A DNA stretch of 51,350 nucleotides, filler included, from Jimgerdemannia flammicorona (taxonomy: Eukaryota): assembly GCA_003990765.1 (NCBI GenBank). It is 2 parts of 2 records of this genome, joined end to end, with 100 filler letters (N's around TTAATTAATTAA, not from the genome) between each part and the next. Parts side by side here need not be neighbours in the genome. Positions count along the whole stretch, not along the records: positions 25,727 to 51,350 come from RBNJ01000811.1; 1 more part is not named here. One strand, given 5' to 3'. Shown in pieces: positions 47,401 to 51,350 of the stretch (position 1 is the stretch's first letter; the number at the start of each line of letters is the position of its first letter). Position numbers and translations under genes: made by a program. The notes under the pieces are model-generated. The model was not told the DNA's origin and searched no databases. It was given only the letters and a program-made list of their open reading frames with translations.

Positions 47401-50387
47401 TGTGTGTCCAGCCAGCAATCTTTACTTAGATGTCCTCAATCTATAGGTCCTACAAAACCTTCTCAGCCAGCAGAGAGGAGTTAAGATGCCAATGTCTGGG
47501 TCTATCTCCACTCCTCCAAAACTGTCTCTGTCCTAAGAGACCCCAATGATCAGACCACAGGCACCACTCCACCTTCAGAGTCTTCCAAACATCTATTCCC
47601 TAGCATTCAGCTGTCAGGATCCAATCAATTCTTGTATCCAGTCCATTCACCGAGTGTGTATAAATCCTCCTGTCTCTCCACTCTGTCCTGCCCATATCCC
47701 CTAGAGAGCTAAGATTCTCTACCTCCTCCCATGTATCCAGGCCACCACTCCTACCACCAGCACTTCTCTCTCCATCAGACCTGTCTAACTGAATATCTTG
47801 TATCATATTGAAGTCTCCTTCCAGAATATTGACCCCTTCCTCCAGAAGAGTGGCCTTTTTCAAAAGACCCTTAATCCATACAATCCTCTTACCCCTAACC
47901 ACTAGGCAGTAACAAAATCCAACCTTTACCAGTACCCACCCAGGCCTATGCCATTCCCCCCATATCAAACAGTCTCTCCAGCTTCTTATTTCACTTAAGT
48001 CCCCTTTACTATCCTATACCAAAATTGCTACTTTGCCAATCTAAGCTACAGTTCTACTCCATTCTCTAGTCTATACCTCCTGATCCTTATCATTCTCACA
48101 TCAAACATCCTATAGCAGAAAGAGGTCAGCCTCTAAACCCTTAAGCTAATTAAAAATATTCTTATGCCACCCAGATCCCTGTAGTCTATTCACATTTAGA
48201 GAGAAAATACTAGTTGTACTGTTCATTAGAAATAATGTTTTTTTTTTAGAAGAAGTATCCTGCCCATCCTTTACAAATCTACATACCTCTCCTCCCATGC
48301 CAAGTCCAAGTTGTGATCAGCAGTCAAATCCTCCTCTTCAGCCTCCTTTGCCTCCAATCTCATTAGAAGTTCAGCCATCTCTCCATCCTCCTTTTCCTCA
48401 AAGTCCTCACAGTACTCTAGACAGGCCTTCTGCCAGAGCCTCAGCCCATGCCACTCTGTCCAATAGAAGGCAGCCCACTCACCAACAACTACTGCCAGCT
48501 TGGCCTCCCTCTTCTTATCAACCTCATACCCTTTCTTCTCCAGAAGAATCACAAGCACCTCCACCTTCAGTGCCTCCACAACCCCATTACCCTGTAAAAT
48601 CCATGTCCAATACTCCTCACTCATCACTTGCAGGTCCACCTCTCCCAAATCTTCAGCTGCAAAGTTGTTCATCATCTGGTACAACCACAGTAGGTTCCCT
48701 ACCTCCTTCCCCCCCAATGTTATAGACCTTTCAGCATCTAGCATCATGGTATCAGTCCCTGTACTTGCAGTTTCATCTCACTCCTCCATTACATCCACCA
48801 ACTCATCCTCACCAACTGCCACTACCTGTCCTCCTTTTGCCAGATCTGGAACTCCAAAATGCACTGCTGGGTACCATGCATTAGTACATCCTCTGCTGTC
48901 TAGTTCCTCACAGCAGGACCTCATCTGACAAGAGAGAGGGTACTATCAAAGTCCTGTTCCCAGACTTCAAACATATCATCTATATAAGGATCACTGTGTG
49001 GTGGCTTCTCTGCTCCATCCTGACCCTCCTTGATATCTCCTCCCCCCTTACTGGCTCAGATACTTGCTTTAGTGCCCCCAGACTTCTCAATACCTCCAGC
49101 ATTCTTCTCTACTCCTTCTTCCATACTTGCCAACAACTCCCTCTACCTCTTGCACCCCTGAGTCCTCTCTCACTGTCTCTTGTCAGTGCAGATATGTTTC
49201 CCATCTATAATCTCCAAATGTATCAAATCCATATATACCTTCCAGGCCTTAGCCCTCCTCTCAACTGCTCCACTTCTCTCTTCCAGAGCCTCCAACAGAT
49301 CCTTCTCCTCCTCTTCACTCCCCTTCACCCTCAATACCTTACAGATGAAAACCCCCCACAATATGACCAAAGACCAGTTGCTTGCCTTCTCAGTGGCCTC
49401 TTTCTCAGCCAGCTGAATCTGGATATCCACATCTCTAGTCCTGAAAGTAGTCCTCTCCCACATCTGAAATCCAATATCCACTACATTACTATACTCTGCC
49501 ATCACCTTCTCAACCCTCCTCCTGGTCTTTACAGTCATCACTGTTAGCACCCCCTTCACCAATAGCTGAACCACTCTGGGGTCCTACCTTAAGCACTACA
49601 CCATAGGTACCACCATCTCTCCTATAGCTACTCTAGTCTTCAATGTCTCCTCCAGCAGACCTGCCTCTTCAAAACCCACCTCTACTCCCTCCAATTCCTT
49701 CAGGAACTTCATGGAGACAGCTCTCACTATCTGTTTTGAGATAATCTCCAGGACCATTCTTACCATCACCACCAGGCCCCAGAAGCACAAGGTCACTGCA
49801 AACTCTGAGATTGACTTCTTGAGTAATGGTGCCACTGCCAGCCCCATCACACTATCTGCCAGATCCCCCTTCCTCTTTGGGCCCATCTGCCCAGCTATCC
49901 CATCAGTAGTCATATCTGGATTTTTTTCCAGATTCCCAGTCACACTACCATCAGCAGTCTCTCCCCTACTCTCAGCTGCTGCTCCACTAGCCCTTCTCCC
50001 CACTAGCTGAGGTCCAGTATCTCCCACTTCTCCCTTCTTCTGCTTCTCCTTCCCCTCCATCTATCCACCATGAGATCCAACAGGTCATCCACTATTCTTC
50101 AATGTATCCACAAAGCTCCTCCCCTGCTGTCCCCCTGCTCCTCCCCAGTACTACTACTACTGCCTGAACTGTCCTGCCCACCTGGTCCACCAAATGACCC
50201 CATCCCCAATCTATATCCACAACCAACATGTTGTCAGTCAAAGGCTCTAGGTCTACCCAACCTAGTATATATGTTGGCTTACTTATTGGTTGCCATTGCC
50301 TTAGTACCTTTCTCTAATAAACACTTAAAAGTATGTTATAAAAGTATATGTAACATAAGTAGTAACTAAGAAAAGTGATCTACCTCA
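44430..50387 (-). mobile_element. Full-length LINE-A copy A3
   Basis: Poly(T) at 44429-44498; 16-bp TSD GTGATTTTGAATGTAT (44414-44429) vs GTAGTTTTGAATGTAT (50388-50403); ORF1 and ORF2 fragments homologous to A1. Confidence 0.92.
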
Positions 50388-50986
50388 GTAGTTTTGAATG
50401 TATACTAGTTGCCTAAGTTGTGGTATTTGGAGTACTATCTGGATTTTTCTGAATAGGTGGTACAGAGGTTGAAGAAGGTGGTAGAAGGATGGTTATGGTA
50501 AGAAGGGTAGCTACAGATTAGTTGAGAGACTGTGGTACAAAGAACAGCAGATGGGGGACTGGGGTTGGTGGATTTCTAGAGATAGTTGAAGATATTCAGA
50601 AGTTGGTAGGGGTATTAATTAACAGAGTTGGGGGAGGATGGTTGAGGTTGGCTGGCTATAGACAATTGGGAGATCAGGTTCTACCTCCATGGTGAGGACT
50701 GGAAGGATATACAAGAGTTGCTTCAGTTTGGAAGAGTCAGTAAATTGTAGTTTAAGGGGTTCTGGTGAGATATTGTAGAGGCCTGGCTGGCCATGGGATT
50801 GGCAGGGCCAGAGATAAGTGAGAGTGAGTATTCTGAGTAGTAATGGTGGCAGTTGGAGAAACTTTGCATTGGTGGCCACCTGTTGGCAGAGTACTCTCTA
50901 TCTGAGATAATGGAATAGATCAGGTCTGACCCCCTTAAAAGGTGGCCTATAGGTTGGCAGAAGGCCGGATTAGGGAATGGCTGAGG

Positions 50987-51350
50987 TTAAGGCCACCTTT
51001 TCTCCTGTACAATTCACGTTACACAAAACTTCAAGCAACAGTTCTCGACACAACTAGGAGTAAAGGTACTAGCAATATGTCTTCAAGCAAGAGTTCCGAC
51101 AGGCATACTGGGTCGGGGGGAGCTGGGGCTTTTGGCTGGCAGCAAGTGGGGAGGGGTTATGGCCTGGGGATGGGGGCCTTTGGAGGGTCGAACGGTGGTG
51201 AGGGCTCTCGAGGAGGACTGGCAACAGGTGGTGTTGGCGGAAAGGCTGGTCCCTCGAGCTTTGCTGACAAGGTGAAGGGGAGTAGATGGCCAGCTGGAGA
51301 CAGGGCTGGTGCTGCTGTGGGGAAGGGCAAGGCGAGCCTTGGGAGGGGGG
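50987..51350 (+). mobile_element. 5' end of a younger LINE-A-like copy A4
   Basis: The 5' UTR resembles A1 (…TCACGTTACACAA), CpGs are retained, and it interrupts LINE-B2. The exact start is uncertain by a few bases. Confidence 0.8.
51077..51350 (+). CDS. LINE-A4 ORF1 N-terminus, open to the window edge
   Basis: MSSSKSSDRHTGSGGAGAFGWQQVGRG…SFADKVKG aligns with A1 ORF1 (HTGQG…FKWQQAGRG…SFAKAVRG). Confidence 0.8.
   Translation, partial: MSSSKSSDRHTGSGGAGAFGWQQVGRGYGLGMGAFGGSNGGEGSRGGLATGGVGGKAGPSSFADKVKGSRWPAGDRAGAAVGKGKASLGRG

Larger units (their letters stand above)
26912..50986 (+). mobile_element. LINE family B copy B2, fragmented (26912-27182, 41403-44429, 50388-~50986)
   Basis: The pieces are colinear with LINE-B1 28400-32270. 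The reading frame continues across each insertion, e.g. VVILNVY|WLPKLWYL at 44411/50388. Confidence 0.85.

Overview
This window is a eukaryotic, very probably fungal, transposon graveyard with no recognisable host gene. It holds at least 13 nested insertions, all decayed by RIP-like C>T/G>A hypermutation, and a 100-bp padded assembly gap at 25627-25726. Left of the gap, an old Ty1/copia element (+) is interrupted by a chromovirus-type Gypsy (G0), a 1.5-kb solo LTR and a hAT transposon (hAT1). hAT1 is in turn interrupted by Gypsy G2 (long ORF-bearing LTRs), full-length chromovirus G1 (gag-dUTPase-PR-RT-RH-IN-chromo) and a full-length L1/Tx1-like LINE. Right of the gap, LINE-B2 is interrupted by a copia 3' end, by LINE-B1 (which contains the complete hAT2, which contains a truncated LINE) and by two more LINE-A copies. 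Most junctions have readable target-site duplications. Best novelty candidates: (1) hAT2 carries a second, intron-containing gene that reads, after reverting RIP changes, as a TET/JBP-like 2OG-Fe(II) dioxygenase convergent with the transposase; (2) a ~220-nt putative structured RNA with covarying stems lies just after the pol stop in two otherwise dissimilar Gypsy families; (3) a ~290-codon ORF lies inside the G2-family LTR downstream of its TATA box; (4) all three Gypsy elements carry dUTPase, in two different polyprotein positions; (5) two LINE families share a 3'-terminal motif. All protein calls are by eye, without database searches.
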